From Candidatus Latescibacterota bacterium (GTDB lineage: Bacteria > Latescibacterota > UBA2968 > UBA8231), in the NCBI GenBank assembly GCA_965200315.1, contig OZ241362.1:3488001-3552000 (forward strand): a DNA stretch of 64,000 nucleotides, in the 5' to 3' direction. Made by a program: the position numbers and the translations under genes. Numbering within the stretch: position 1 is the stretch's first letter; every line of letters starts with the position of its first letter. Below, one piece after another: positions 28,457 to 38,196 of the stretch. The notes below the pieces were generated by a model. The model saw only the letters and a list, made by a program, of their open reading frames with translations. It was not told where the DNA came from and ran no database searches.

Positions 28457-29536
28457 TCCGCGTTGTTGGCGATGGACACCTCGCCCGCCGCGGCTCGCTC
28501 CGCCAATTCGGTCGCTTCGCTCGTAGGTAAGTTGCCGTTTTCAACGATGAGTACGTTGCCGCCAATGCCGACGAGATTGGCTAGTCCCGGTGAGGCTGGT
28601 CAATTTTTCGTTGTTGTAGATGTTGAGGTCTTGGGCGATCTGTGCAAGGCTTTCCAATCCCGCCAACGTGGTGAGTTTTTCGTTGTTGTAGATGTTGAGA
28701 TTGCCGCCGACGCGGCTGAGACTGGCCAACCCGATGATGCTCGTCAGTTGCGGATTGCTGTAAATGCTCAGATCTTGGCCGACGTCCGTTAGGCTAGATA
28801 CGTCTTCAACCATGTCCAACGCGGCATTTCGCCCGATGCGCAAGCTGCCGCCAATCTCCTTTAGAGACGATACATCTTCTAGCGCAGTGAGAGACAAGTT
28901 GTCTTCGATGACGAAATCGCCGCCTACGCTGCTGAGATTCGAGAGGTCCTCTATGAGTTCAAGAGACGGGTTGAATGCGATGGTGAAGCTGCCGCTGACC
29001 GCGGTGAGGCCGAACAGGCCGTCGATATTGGCCAATTGGTTGTTGTTGTCGATGTGTGCATTGCCGCCGACCGCTTTGAGTTTGGTTAGGCCATCTACGG
29101 AGGTCAACTTGTCGTTGTGGGAGACTCTGAAGTGCCCGCCGATTGCGCTGAGGAAGGACAATCCCTCGATATCGGCGAGGTCGTCGTTGTCGCGGATGGT
29201 GACGTCTCCGCCCACGGAGGCGAGGTCGTTCAGCCCGTCAAAGCTTTTGAGGTTTTTGTTATCGTGGATGGTGAGGTTGCCGTCCACGGCGCTGAGTTGG
29301 TTCAAGCCCTCAAAAAGGGCGAGGTCTAGGCGCGTAATTTCGAGGTCGCCAGCAATGGTGTATTGGCACTTCCCTTCCTTTTCCAGCGCATCCGCGTCTT
29401 CGCGCGAGCGCACGATGCGGTCGCCCGGCAGAATGTTACCTGCACAGTCGCCGTTTGAGGTGCTATCCACGCCCGCGTCCTCGCCGCACCCGGCCAAGAC
29501 GAGCAACAAGACGAATAGGTTGGCCGCGGCGATCAA
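28453..29536 (-). CDS. Lipoprotein with about 11 tandem 24-aa leucine-rich (receptor L-domain-like) repeats; +1 frameshift near the 3' end
   Basis: LAGC lipobox; G-x-L-x-I-x-x-N-x-x-L-x-x-L-x-G-L repeats; deleting one base at 28586-88 restores GLANLVGIGGNVLIVEN...NNAD* ending 28453. Confidence 0.8.
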
Positions 29537-30777
29537 TCTAGGTACCCGAGGGCGCGCAGGCGTTCTTTGAGAATATCGGCCTCGCCGGCTGACGCATCTT
29601 GACCCTGCATCTGTTGGTAGGCGGAGCGATCTCGCAAGGCGCGATATTGCGTGCGGTAGTGGGATGGGTCAGCGCAAACTAAATCGTCGCCGTGGCGCAG
29701 GTCGCGCAGGACGTATGCGCCCGTCTGTTCATTCTCGCGGTAGAAGTGCCGCCCATCGCACAAGCACCACTCGCGGATGCCTTCGGCATAGCGCGCTATT
29801 TCCTCGCCGTCGATAGCCGTAGGCGACGTGACGCGCTCGGCGGGCAGGCGCAGATTGTCGGGGCTGAGAAAACCGATGCCGTACAGGCTGTCTAGCTCGG
29901 ATAATACCCAACGATTGGCCAACGTTGCGCTCGGCTCCAGCCAGTTTCGTCCGAACCCTTGGTAGTCAACGGGTAGGCCAGCCAAGGCCGCGATTGTCGG
30001 AAAGAGGTCTATGGCAGAAAACACCCCGTCGTGCGGAAAGGAAAATCCGCCCGGTACGTGCGCCAGCATGGGCACGTGGACCACGTTGGGATGCAATCGG
30101 TCGCCATGCGCCATAACCTCCCCACAAAACCCCTCGCCGTGATCGCCGCAGATAAAGACCGCCCACTCGTTGAGGTCGATTCGCTTGAGCAGCTCGACGA
30201 GGGAAAACTCCAGCACGTGGGTCACGGCCGCTTCGTAGTAACGCAGTGCTTCGTCCACCTGCCCGCCCGCCACCAAGTGCCCCAAATCGGGCCGATGGGG
30301 TATGTCGCCCAAGCCGTAGCCGCCATGCGTGTACCAAAAGTGGAGGAACTTAAACTGCGGTCCGCTCGGCTCGATCAGCTCGGCGCACAGGCGTTCGAGC
30401 GATCCTAAGTGCTGCTCGGTGGCCGCTGGATCAACGGGCCCGATAAAAGGCGCGAAGTCGAGGAAACGGAATACGTCCGGCCGCTCGGAAAACCCCCGGA
30501 CGCTGTACCCGGCCGCGGCAAAAACGTCGAACAGGTTGGCCACGCCGGCGAACATCTTCAGGTAGGTCTGCCCCAAAAGCCCGTGCTCAAAAGGATACAG
30601 CCCAGTGAACAGTGAGGCGTGCGAAGGGCGGGTCGCCGGCGCGGTGACAAAGTAGCGCTCGGCAAAGGCGTAATCCCGAGTCAGCAGATCGAATTTGGGC
30701 GTGTTCATCCTCGGGTTCGTCCGGCTCAGCGCATCGCGGCGCCAGCAGTCGATGGAGACAATTAGGAATTTGGACAT
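29533..30777 (-). CDS. Sulfatase-like/alkaline phosphatase superfamily hydrolase
   Basis: IVSIDCWRRD, TRPSHASLFTGLYPFEHG, GDHGE, HVPML, LRALGY. Confidence 0.85.
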   Translation of the reverse strand: MSKFLIVSIDCWRRDALSRTNPRMNTPKFDLLTRDYAFAERYFVTAPATRPSHASLFTGLYPFEHGLLGQTYLKMFAGVANLFDVFAAAGYSVRGFSERPDVFRFLDFAPFIGPVDPAATEQHLGSLERLCAELIEPSGPQFKFLHFWYTHGGYGLGDIPHRPDLGHLVAGGQVDEALRYYEAAVTHVLEFSLVELLKRIDLNEWAVFICGDHGEGFCGEVMAHGDRLHPNVVHVPMLAHVPGGFSFPHDGVFSAIDLFPTIAALAGLPVDYQGFGRNWLEPSATLANRWVLSELDSLYGIGFLSPDNLRLPAERVTSPTAIDGEEIARYAEGIREWCLCDGRHFYRENEQTGAYVLRDLRHGDDLVCADPSHYRTQYRALRDRSAYQQMQGQDASAGEADILKERLRALGYLD

Positions 30778-30837
30778 GGATTTATGGGATGGGGTAGGGG
30801 AACAGGATTTATGGGATTTTCATGTTGAATCAGCTCG

Positions 30838-32208
30838 TCAATCGAGCAGCCGTGCGTTGTACTGGCGCGGCGTATGTCGATAGCCGCCAAACCGCCCTTC
30901 TTCGAGCGGCGCGGGCGTATAGACATACACGGCATCGCCATAAGGATCGTAGAGCACTACTTCCTCGCGCCCGTCGCCGCAAACATCGGCCGGGAAGCAG
31001 TGGTACCACCCCATCTTGCCGCCGGTCGGCGCTGGCAGTTCCGGGAAGGTTGCGACCTTGTGGCCGTGGCCGTCGAAGAGGGCCGCTGGGCTGTAGAGCA
31101 AGTCCGCCTGTCCGTGGCCATTCCAGCGCACGATTTCCATGCCTGTGTTGTTGGGCGACTCATCTACTTGGAAGCGACTGAGCACCGCGCCGTCTTGCGC
31201 GACGATCATCACGTCTGCATGGTGCCCATTGTAGCGGATAGCTAATTCGCGCCCCGGTAGCTCGGGCCGCAAGTTGCCACAGCGCACCTCTTGCCCGTGC
31301 GGCACTACATCCGCCCCCAAGTGCAGCAGGCGGCGGCCGCGGCCGTCGAGCACTTGGCCGCCGCCCGAGACTATGGCGGCTGGTTCCGTTCCCCACCGAT
31401 CTACCAACACGCTGTCTGCATGGTCGCCCAGAAAGGTTTCCCACAAGACGCTTCCGTCGTGGTCGAGGCCGAAGTGCCCGCCGTTGACCTCGTCGCACCC
31501 ATCGCCGTCCAAGTCGCCGACGGCCGGAATGTACGCCGCGTGTGCTGGATAGCGATGCCACTTGCTGCGATAGTGCCACAGCACTTCGAGCCGGTCGTTG
31601 AACGCGAGGACATCGCTGCCGAGCTTGACGACAAAATCGCGTGGCTGGTCGTGCCCGGCGAAGTTGGCGATCAGCAGCCGCTGATGCACGTAGTTGGGGA
31701 TGTGCATTGCCCCATCTGCGTAGGCATTGCAGCGCGCCAGTTCCGCGGGCGCGGCGCAGTGTTTGACCGCGCCCGTGCGCCCGTCGAGGATGGCGATGTG
31801 CATGTCTACGAGGTTCCATTTGCTGGTGAGTTTTACCTCGGGATCGACGAGCAAGCAGAGGACCTCTTGCCGCCCGTCTTGGTCTATGTCGCAGATGGCC
31901 ACCGGCCCCGGGCGGTCGGGAGAAATGGTCGTGAGGCGGCCCGGCCCATCCGCGTCGAGAGCGGTGAAATCCCGATCCCCCACCGCCCACAGCGGCTCGC
32001 CGGCGAGCGAAAAGGCCCCTAGAAAGCAGGGCTTGATGCCCCCGAGGGCATTGTACACGAGGAAATCGACCTGCCCGTCTCCAGTCAGGTCGCCGATGCG
32101 CACGTCGCCGCCCACGCGCCGGCCGTTTTCGTCGGCACGGACGAATTCTGCGGGCAAGGCGCCCTTTTTGTAGAGCAGGGCCTCTGCTGCACGTATTGGG
32201 TTTTTCAC
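30838..32208 (-). CDS. FG-GAP-repeat protein, rhamnogalacturonan lyase (PL11)-like
   Basis: GDLTGDGQVDF, DIDQDGRQEV, GDLDGDGCDEV, ADVCGDGREEVV, HADS/HGQ motifs. Confidence 0.7.
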   Translation of the reverse strand: MKNPIRAAEALLYKKGALPAEFVRADENGRRVGGDVRIGDLTGDGQVDFLVYNALGGIKPCFLGAFSLAGEPLWAVGDRDFTALDADGPGRLTTISPDRPGPVAICDIDQDGRQEVLCLLVDPEVKLTSKWNLVDMHIAILDGRTGAVKHCAAPAELARCNAYADGAMHIPNYVHQRLLIANFAGHDQPRDFVVKLGSDVLAFNDRLEVLWHYRSKWHRYPAHAAYIPAVGDLDGDGCDEVNGGHFGLDHDGSVLWETFLGDHADSVLVDRWGTEPAAIVSGGGQVLDGRGRRLLHLGADVVPHGQEVRCGNLRPELPGRELAIRYNGHHADVMIVAQDGAVLSRFQVDESPNNTGMEIVRWNGHGQADLLYSPAALFDGHGHKVATFPELPAPTGGKMGWYHCFPADVCGDGREEVVLYDPYGDAVYVYTPAPLEEGRFGGYRHTPRQYNARLLD

Positions 32209-32243
32209 CGGATGGAATCCTCTTTGACTCGCCGCGACCTTTT

Positions 32244-32732
32244 TCAGTCGGCGTCGGCCAATTCTTCGAGGAAGTTGATGAAGATCGCCAGCTCGCCCTT
32301 GACCCGGGCCAAGTCGCCTGCCAGCGCTTCGACCAGCGGCCTTATCCGCTGCGGATCGAACTCAAAGGCGTAAACGTTGCGGACCACGTGGCGGAAGCGC
32401 AGATATGCGTCCAAGCGCTTTATCGTCCCCTCAGAAAACACGGGGGGCCGGATTCGCGGTAACTGGGTGGCCATTTGCCGCAGCAGCTCTTGATGCCAGT
32501 CGCTGCCTTCGGGTAGGTGTCCATCTACTTGGGCGGCTATATGGCGCAGAATGCGCTCTAGCCCCGTGTAGAAATCGTGCAAATTGAGCGCGATCGCGTC
32601 CCAATAGAGGTCGCTATCTACCGGGTCTCCTGAGGTGGCCTCCACTGCTCTGCGGACCCGCGTCGCGACCCGCTCGAGATCCTCTAATTCGCGGCGGATG
32701 CGCTCGGCGCTGACTATGTGGCGGGCGATCAC
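32244..32732 (-). CDS. HEPN/HepT-like toxin of an MNT-HEPN pair
   Basis: LHDFYTGLERI, WHQELL, YLRFRHVVRNVY; GTGA overlap with the MNT. Confidence 0.8.
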   Translation of the reverse strand: MIARHIVSAERIRRELEDLERVATRVRRAVEATSGDPVDSDLYWDAIALNLHDFYTGLERILRHIAAQVDGHLPEGSDWHQELLRQMATQLPRIRPPVFSEGTIKRLDAYLRFRHVVRNVYAFEFDPQRIRPLVEALAGDLARVKGELAIFINFLEELADAD

Positions 32733-33109
32733 AGTTCGACTCCCTCGCGCTCGATAACCGCTCTTAGAGCGGGACGGCAACAGCCCATATCGACCAAGTT
32801 CACTTCGATATATAGGTCGAGGTCCATGACCGCGCCGAGTGCCCGCCAAGTGTCCTCGGGCCGAAGGCCCCAAGCGGCGATGTCCACATCGGACCAAGGG
32901 TTGAATCGGTCCTCGTGCGCCAGCGAGCCGAAAAGCACTACCCGCTTGGCGTTAAAGCGTTCCTTTAGGAGACGGGTGGCCTGTCGCGCCAGCTCCCGAG
33001 CACGCTGACGGCGTTCTCGCAAATGCACCTTTTCGGCGAGGTGGCGTTGGCGGGCCGTTTCTCGGTAGGTGTCTAGCTCAGCGGGTGTTATTTGGGAACA
33101 GATGGGCAT
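32729..33109 (-). CDS. Minimal nucleotidyltransferase (MNT) antitoxin
   Basis: VVLFGSLA...WSDVDIA, IEREGVEL. Confidence 0.85.
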   Translation of the reverse strand: MPICSQITPAELDTYRETARQRHLAEKVHLRERRQRARELARQATRLLKERFNAKRVVLFGSLAHEDRFNPWSDVDIAAWGLRPEDTWRALGAVMDLDLYIEVNLVDMGCCRPALRAVIEREGVEL

Positions 33110-33258
33110 GGCCAAAGCCGTTGGCTGAGGAGCTACTAAGTCTAGCGAGAAATATACGCACGATGCCAACAAAAGTGAATTTGCGGCTCGATTGTCGCTT
33201 CGGGTGCCTTGCGATATATTCCGCCGACACCCAACCATGCGCCAGCGAAAGGAATGCC

Positions 33259-34215
33259 ATGTCTTTCAAGTTCGTCTTTCTGTCACCCGCCAGCGAGTTG
33301 GCCGCTGCCATGTCCGAGGCTGTCCCCACGATGGAGATCGTCCAATGCGAAACCCGCGCCGACTCCCTGGCTGCCCTTCCCACGGCGCAAGCCTGTTTCG
33401 GCACCTTGGATCCAGAGCTGTTGGCCGCAGCCGTCCAGCTCAAGTGGTTGGCCGCGCCAGCCGCCGGCCCGCCCAAGGGGTATTACTTCCCGGAACTCAT
33501 CGCCAGCGACGTGGTTGTGACCAATTTTCGCGGCATCTTCAACGACCACATCTCGGCCCATATCATGGCCTTTGTGCTCGCGCTCTCGCGCGGCATGCAC
33601 CGCTACTTTCGCGCCCAGTTCGCCGGCCAATGGCGCAGCGGCGGGGAATCGAGCCCCTCGACCTATCTGCCCGAAGCCACGGTGCTGATCGTCGGCGTCG
33701 GCGGGATTGGCGCAGAGACTGCGCGCCAGTGCAAGGGTTGGGGCATGACGACTGTTGGCATTGATCCTCGCGTTGATTCGCCGCCTCAGGGCGTTGATGA
33801 ATTATATCGCCCGGACGAGCTCGACCAGCATCTGCCGAGAGCGGATTTCGTCATTCTCACCGTGCCGCAGACGCCGCAGACCGAGGGCTTTTTCACCAGT
33901 GCCCGGTTCGAGCAGATGAAAACCAGCGGGTACTTCATCAACATTGGTCGCGGCGCGAACGTCAAGTTGGCCGACCTCGACCAAGCCCTGCGCGAGGGCC
34001 AGATCGCCGGTGCGGCCTTAGATGTGTTTGAGCAGGAGCCGCTGCCGCCGGAGCATCCGCTATGGACGGCCCCGAATTTCCTAATGACCCCGCACGTGGC
34101 TGGGGCTGGCCCTCATCTGAAAGAGCGCCGGCGCGACCTGATGGTGGATAATTGCCAGCGCTTTGCCCGCGGCGCGGCCCTGGTGAATGTGGTGGATAAG
34201 GAGAACTGGTTTTAG
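33259..34215 (+). CDS. D-2-hydroxyacid dehydrogenase
   Basis: GVGGIG, INIGRG, LDVFEQEPLP, TPHVAG. Confidence 0.92.
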   Translation: MSFKFVFLSPASELAAAMSEAVPTMEIVQCETRADSLAALPTAQACFGTLDPELLAAAVQLKWLAAPAAGPPKGYYFPELIASDVVVTNFRGIFNDHISAHIMAFVLALSRGMHRYFRAQFAGQWRSGGESSPSTYLPEATVLIVGVGGIGAETARQCKGWGMTTVGIDPRVDSPPQGVDELYRPDELDQHLPRADFVILTVPQTPQTEGFFTSARFEQMKTSGYFINIGRGANVKLADLDQALREGQIAGAALDVFEQEPLPPEHPLWTAPNFLMTPHVAGAGPHLKERRRDLMVDNCQRFARGAALVNVVDKENWF

Positions 34216-34835
34216 GGCAACGTGCCCGTGATAAGCAGGTAGGCGTCGGCTTTGACCTCGCCGTTGATTTCCCACTCTTTGAGTTCGCCGCCGAGCTTCC
34301 CAATGACCTTCTCGCTCAGCTCGTGAAAAGGCGGTCGGCCCGGATCGGCGATGATGATCTGCCCGACCTCGACCGCGACGGCCTTTTTGATCAGCTTGTA
34401 GAGCGGCGAGACCATTTCGTCCCAGAAGCAAATATCGGCCCCGATGATCAGGTTGGTTTGTCGCAGGTGTTTCTTTTTGACCTTTTCAAATTTGCAGCGC
34501 CAAGTTTCTATCTCGACTCCGTTGATCTCGGCGTGTAGCTGCAAGTAGGGAAAAACCGCCGCGTCCGCGTCCATTCCCGTGACATTGGCCGCGTGGTTTT
34601 TGGCGCAGTATATCCCGGCGAGGCCCCAACCGCAGCCGATATCCAAAACCCGCTTCTTTGGCGGCAGACCTTGGTGCGAGAGGAAGTCCATCACGCACCA
34701 ACTCGAATTCCAGAATTTGTTGCCGTGGATGCAGGGTTCGTGCTTCTTTTTTTGGGCACGCACTTGAGGGTGAGCGGCTTTGAGTACTGTGATGCCATAC
34801 GCTTGGCGCGAGGTTTTCTTTTTTTCTTTGGCCAT
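34212..34835 (-). CDS. Class I SAM methyltransferase (protein methyltransferase, Methyltransf_16-like)
   Basis: HGNKFWNSS, VLDIGCGWG, GADICFW, IADPGR. Confidence 0.8.
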   Translation of the reverse strand: MAKEKKKTSRQAYGITVLKAAHPQVRAQKKKHEPCIHGNKFWNSSWCVMDFLSHQGLPPKKRVLDIGCGWGLAGIYCAKNHAANVTGMDADAAVFPYLQLHAEINGVEIETWRCKFEKVKKKHLRQTNLIIGADICFWDEMVSPLYKLIKKAVAVEVGQIIIADPGRPPFHELSEKVIGKLGGELKEWEINGEVKADAYLLITGTLP

Positions 34836-34889
34836 TTCGCTCTGCTAGTGCCCAACGGAAAGTTAGATTTTCTCGAAGTACCCCAATCC

Positions 34890-35669
34890 TTAAAATCCCC
34901 ACACGCGCGCCGCAGTCTTTCCCATGACCCACTCGATAGCATCGCCATCGGCAAAGGCCGGGTGTTTGAGGACACCGCGTAGCGCATTGGCGTAGCCCTC
35001 TCTGCCAGCGCTGGGCGGGAAGTCGCTGCCCCACATCAGGCGTTGGACGCCAAAGGCGTCCTTGGCCATCTCGAACAGTGGTGGTACGTGGTCGAATTTG
35101 AGCGCGGGCAGCAGGCGCGGCGGGCGGGCGCAGATTTCGCCCAAACCGGGGACTTTGATGCTGGTGTTGCCGCGCTCGCCGAGTCGCAGCGCTTCAACGT
35201 AATCGGCATAGGGCGGCTCGGCAATACCCACTCCTGCGAGATGTTCGAGGATGACGTGCGTGTCGGGGCACGCATCGAGTACGTGCGAGAAGTCGCCAGC
35301 CGCGAACTGGGATGCACTGCCGATGCTTGTGACTACGAGGCCGAGCTCGCCGGCTCTGCGCCACATGTCGTAAGGCCCAGCGTTGGCGAACTGGCCACCC
35401 GGGGCAATGCGAATGCCGGCGGCCCCTTGCTCTGCGAGCTGTGTAAGATCGCCGAGTGGATCGCGCGACTCGGGATCGACGAGAACTGCAACTTTGAACC
35501 GGCTTGGTCGCTTGGTGGCTTCTTGGAGGAGGTAGGTGTTGTCGTAGGTGCCGCCGTGTTGGATGAGGACGGCCTTGTCAACGCCGTTGCGATCCATCGC
35601 GAATTCGAGCGTCTCGATAGGCTCGAACCAGTTGTTCCCGGCGTGGCAATGCGTGTCGATTATCAGCAT
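34890..35669 (-). CDS. Amidohydrolase family 2 protein
   Basis: IDTHCH, ILEHLA, LMWGSDFP. Confidence 0.88.
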   Translation of the reverse strand: MLIIDTHCHAGNNWFEPIETLEFAMDRNGVDKAVLIQHGGTYDNTYLLQEATKRPSRFKVAVLVDPESRDPLGDLTQLAEQGAAGIRIAPGGQFANAGPYDMWRRAGELGLVVTSIGSASQFAAGDFSHVLDACPDTHVILEHLAGVGIAEPPYADYVEALRLGERGNTSIKVPGLGEICARPPRLLPALKFDHVPPLFEMAKDAFGVQRLMWGSDFPPSAGREGYANALRGVLKHPAFADGDAIEWVMGKTAARVWGF

Positions 35670-35675
35670 AATAGA

Positions 35676-36095
35676 TCACTCCGCGAATGATTGTTCGCCC
35701 TTTTCTTTTTGTTTCCACTTTATCTCTGCGATTTCTTCGGCTGTCAGACGTTCTTCGTCCGTTACGATAGTCTGTTCGATGAGTTTTAGCTTCAGTTCCC
35801 GGTTAGTCAGCCACTCCCAGCGATCGGTATTTGCCGGGTGGGGATGGGGATACACATCGTCGGGACCGATGTCATCGGAAACCACATAGAGATAACCAGA
35901 CGTGACGCCATTGTGTCTAATCTTGAGCTTGTGAGATAGAGCCGCCCCTTCGTCAGACATAGAAACAAGTGAAGGTCTATGAGAGAACGCTTTAGCTACA
36001 TTTCTGTTCTGTGTGATCGAACTTCCGATTCGCAGTTTCGTCAGCTCTTGCTGAGAGCCGTGATACCACGTAAGACTGTAGTCGCAATCTGGCAT
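35676..36095 (-). CDS. Hypothetical protein, possible ADP-ribosyltransferase fold
   Basis: WYHGS, GYLYVV, WEWLTNRELKL; start uncertain (36095 or 36155). Confidence 0.55.
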   Translation of the reverse strand: MPDCDYSLTWYHGSQQELTKLRIGSSITQNRNVAKAFSHRPSLVSMSDEGAALSHKLKIRHNGVTSGYLYVVSDDIGPDDVYPHPHPANTDRWEWLTNRELKLKLIEQTIVTDEERLTAEEIAEIKWKQKEKGEQSFAE

Positions 36096-36232
36096 ACGCT
36101 TAACAGAATCCGATTTACCAGTTTGATCTATACGGAAAAGCCGTTCACAGCCCATTCCGCTCTGACGAGGTGAGCATACCGTTCTTACTTGAATATCTAA
36201 GCAGTTGAAAATGACAGGTAGGCATCATAGAA

Positions 36233-36263
36233 AAGCATCAGAGCCGGAACGATTCTGATGCTT
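36233..36263 (-). terminator. Hairpin, possible terminator
   Basis: AAGCATCAGA...TCTGATGCTT 10-bp stem; short U run on the minus strand. Confidence 0.5.
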
Positions 36264-36626
36264 AGAGCGCACTCACTGATTTTTCAATAACGCTATTTTC
36301 TGCGGAGGACGCAAGATGGCCATGCGTCTTTTGACACATCGTCGCAATCCGCAACAATTCGGGCGTAATTATAGCAATTCTAAATGATTTGCGGAGCCCG
36401 TCGTGTAGGCTTGCTATGGCGGGATGAGAAGCGTTTCTAACACGCCCTTCGGTCGGCATTGCGGATCGGTTGAGTGGCTTGGGTGTGCGGCGTATTTCGA
36501 GGGTAGGTGCCCTCGATCCCGGGGGCGTTGCGCCGCGTAAGGGCAGGGGCACCAGTCCTGTAGGATGGCTATATGACTGTCGGTGCTGAGGCTGTTGCTG
36601 ACGACTGAAATCCTTAGCTGCATCCT

Positions 36627-37040
36627 CTAACGGGTGTCGGGGTGCGAACTTCCCCCTCGGGGGAATTTGTGCAGGCCGTCAGGGATTTTAGACCACGGGA
36701 CTGCCATTTCGGTCCAGATCTCTCGGGTGGGTCGCAGAGCTTCGGAATGGTCTAGGGTGCCCGCCTTGATAAACACCGTGTCGGGGTAACGTGTGAACAA
36801 TTGCGAACCACATTCTGGGCAGAATTCGCGAATCTTTGTATGACCTTCGTCGTTCGTAGATTCGTATCCCTTGGTTTTACCGCTCAGTTGAAATGTGGAC
36901 GCTGGTACGCCAACTCCAACGTTGAAAGCGCTGCCCGTAACTCTACGGCAGTCGTCACAGTGGCAATAGGTCACGTATTGGGGCTCCGCGTCGCTTGTAT
37001 AGCTGACCGCCCCGCAAAGACACCGACCTATTAGCGGCAT
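36627..37040 (-). CDS. GFA/CENP-V family protein
   Basis: GRCLCGAV, CHCDDCRR, FCPECGS. Confidence 0.9.
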   Translation of the reverse strand: MPLIGRCLCGAVSYTSDAEPQYVTYCHCDDCRRVTGSAFNVGVGVPASTFQLSGKTKGYESTNDEGHTKIREFCPECGSQLFTRYPDTVFIKAGTLDHSEALRPTREIWTEMAVPWSKIPDGLHKFPRGGSSHPDTR

Positions 37041-37074
37041 TGGTAATCTACCTTTCCAGATGAACGAGGCCCGC

Positions 37075-37737
37075 CTACGAGCCCCCTCTTTTGACGGCGA
37101 AGAAAAATGGGTGAACCTCCTCAGGCGCGTCAACACTTCCGAACCCTCCTCCTAAGATACCTTCCTGTTCAAGCTGAAACCCGGTCTCAGTGAGAAACTT
37201 CTTGTAGGTCGAGGGGCCAAAGTTGCTCCAGTACATGGTCTCGCCGAAGAAGTCATCTTCAGTATATCCAGGGCCGTCGTCTTTCTTGGCAATTGTAAAC
37301 AGAAGGAGGCCACCGGGCCGAAGCCACTGTGCAAATCGACGAAAGAGGTTCAGATGCTCCTGTCTTGGAATGTGGAAGATGGCGTAAAAGCTGACAATTG
37401 CATCGAAGCTACAGGCGGGGAAGTCGGTCTCCATTACGTCGGCGATGAGGAATTTGGCTGTGGGGACGTTTTTCTTCGCTAGAGCTATCATGTTTGAGGA
37501 GATGTCGATCCCGGTGAGGCTAAACATCCCTGCGAGATGTCGGGCGACTGGGATACCAGCACCACATCCAACGTCGAGAACCTTTGAATTAGGGGCCAGA
37601 TGCTCAGTTATCAAGTTCAGCTCCGCTCTAGGTGTGGTACATCTTTGCCTCGCGTAATTCATCGCACACCGGTTATAGGCGGTTCTTACCAATTCCCGAT
37701 AATCGGTCTGCGGATCGGCGGCGATCTTAAATGGCAT
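37075..37737 (-). CDS. Class I SAM-dependent methyltransferase
   Basis: VLDVGCGAG, GIDIS, FDAIVSFYAIFH, LRPGG. Confidence 0.9.
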   Translation of the reverse strand: MPFKIAADPQTDYRELVRTAYNRCAMNYARQRCTTPRAELNLITEHLAPNSKVLDVGCGAGIPVARHLAGMFSLTGIDISSNMIALAKKNVPTAKFLIADVMETDFPACSFDAIVSFYAIFHIPRQEHLNLFRRFAQWLRPGGLLLFTIAKKDDGPGYTEDDFFGETMYWSNFGPSTYKKFLTETGFQLEQEGILGGGFGSVDAPEEVHPFFFAVKRGGS

Positions 37738-38196
37738 TGGTCTCTTTCCTAATCTGGATTATGCGTTCCTCTAACTTTTGCCGATGAACGTCCTTGCATC
37801 TACGAACTCGCCCGCCATGGTTGTTTACCCTAACACTCATGCGCCTACGGAAATAGGCTTATCTGGCGGCCCGTTCTTGGATATGCTCTCAAGCAGGCAA
37901 TGAAGATTGCGAGGAGCGAATTTCTCTTCAGAGCTGGCGATGGCGGCGATTGACCACGAACGGTTGGTTTGGGTAATGGCCGTTATCCGACGCGAAGGTA
38001 CTTAATCGTGTGAATAGTCGCAATCGGTCCCACGAAGCTAAAATATTCTACGTTTGTCCATTCAGCGGCGAGGGTAGAAAGACGCATCTGATTGCCCTGT
38101 GGCCCGTCGCAAAACGGTCTGGCGCATGGGTTCCTTTTTTCTTTTCTTGCCCATTTCGCTCCGCTAGGTAAAGGCTGCTAAACAAAGGATGCACTC

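Noticed and set aside
28600-29300. CRISPR-like periodic repeats
   Set aside because: The 72-bp periodicity is in-frame protein repeat coding; no cas genes and no repeat-spacer structure seen anywhere in the window
36262-36623. ORFs 36262-36552 and 36414-36623, and possible IS5-like ends
   Set aside because: No protein-like motifs; the IS-end-like words do not form a matching TIR pair with a TSD
35676-38130. Integron cassette array
   Set aside because: No paired RYYYAAC/GTTRRRY attC structures after the genes and no integrase; only isolated GTTAG words
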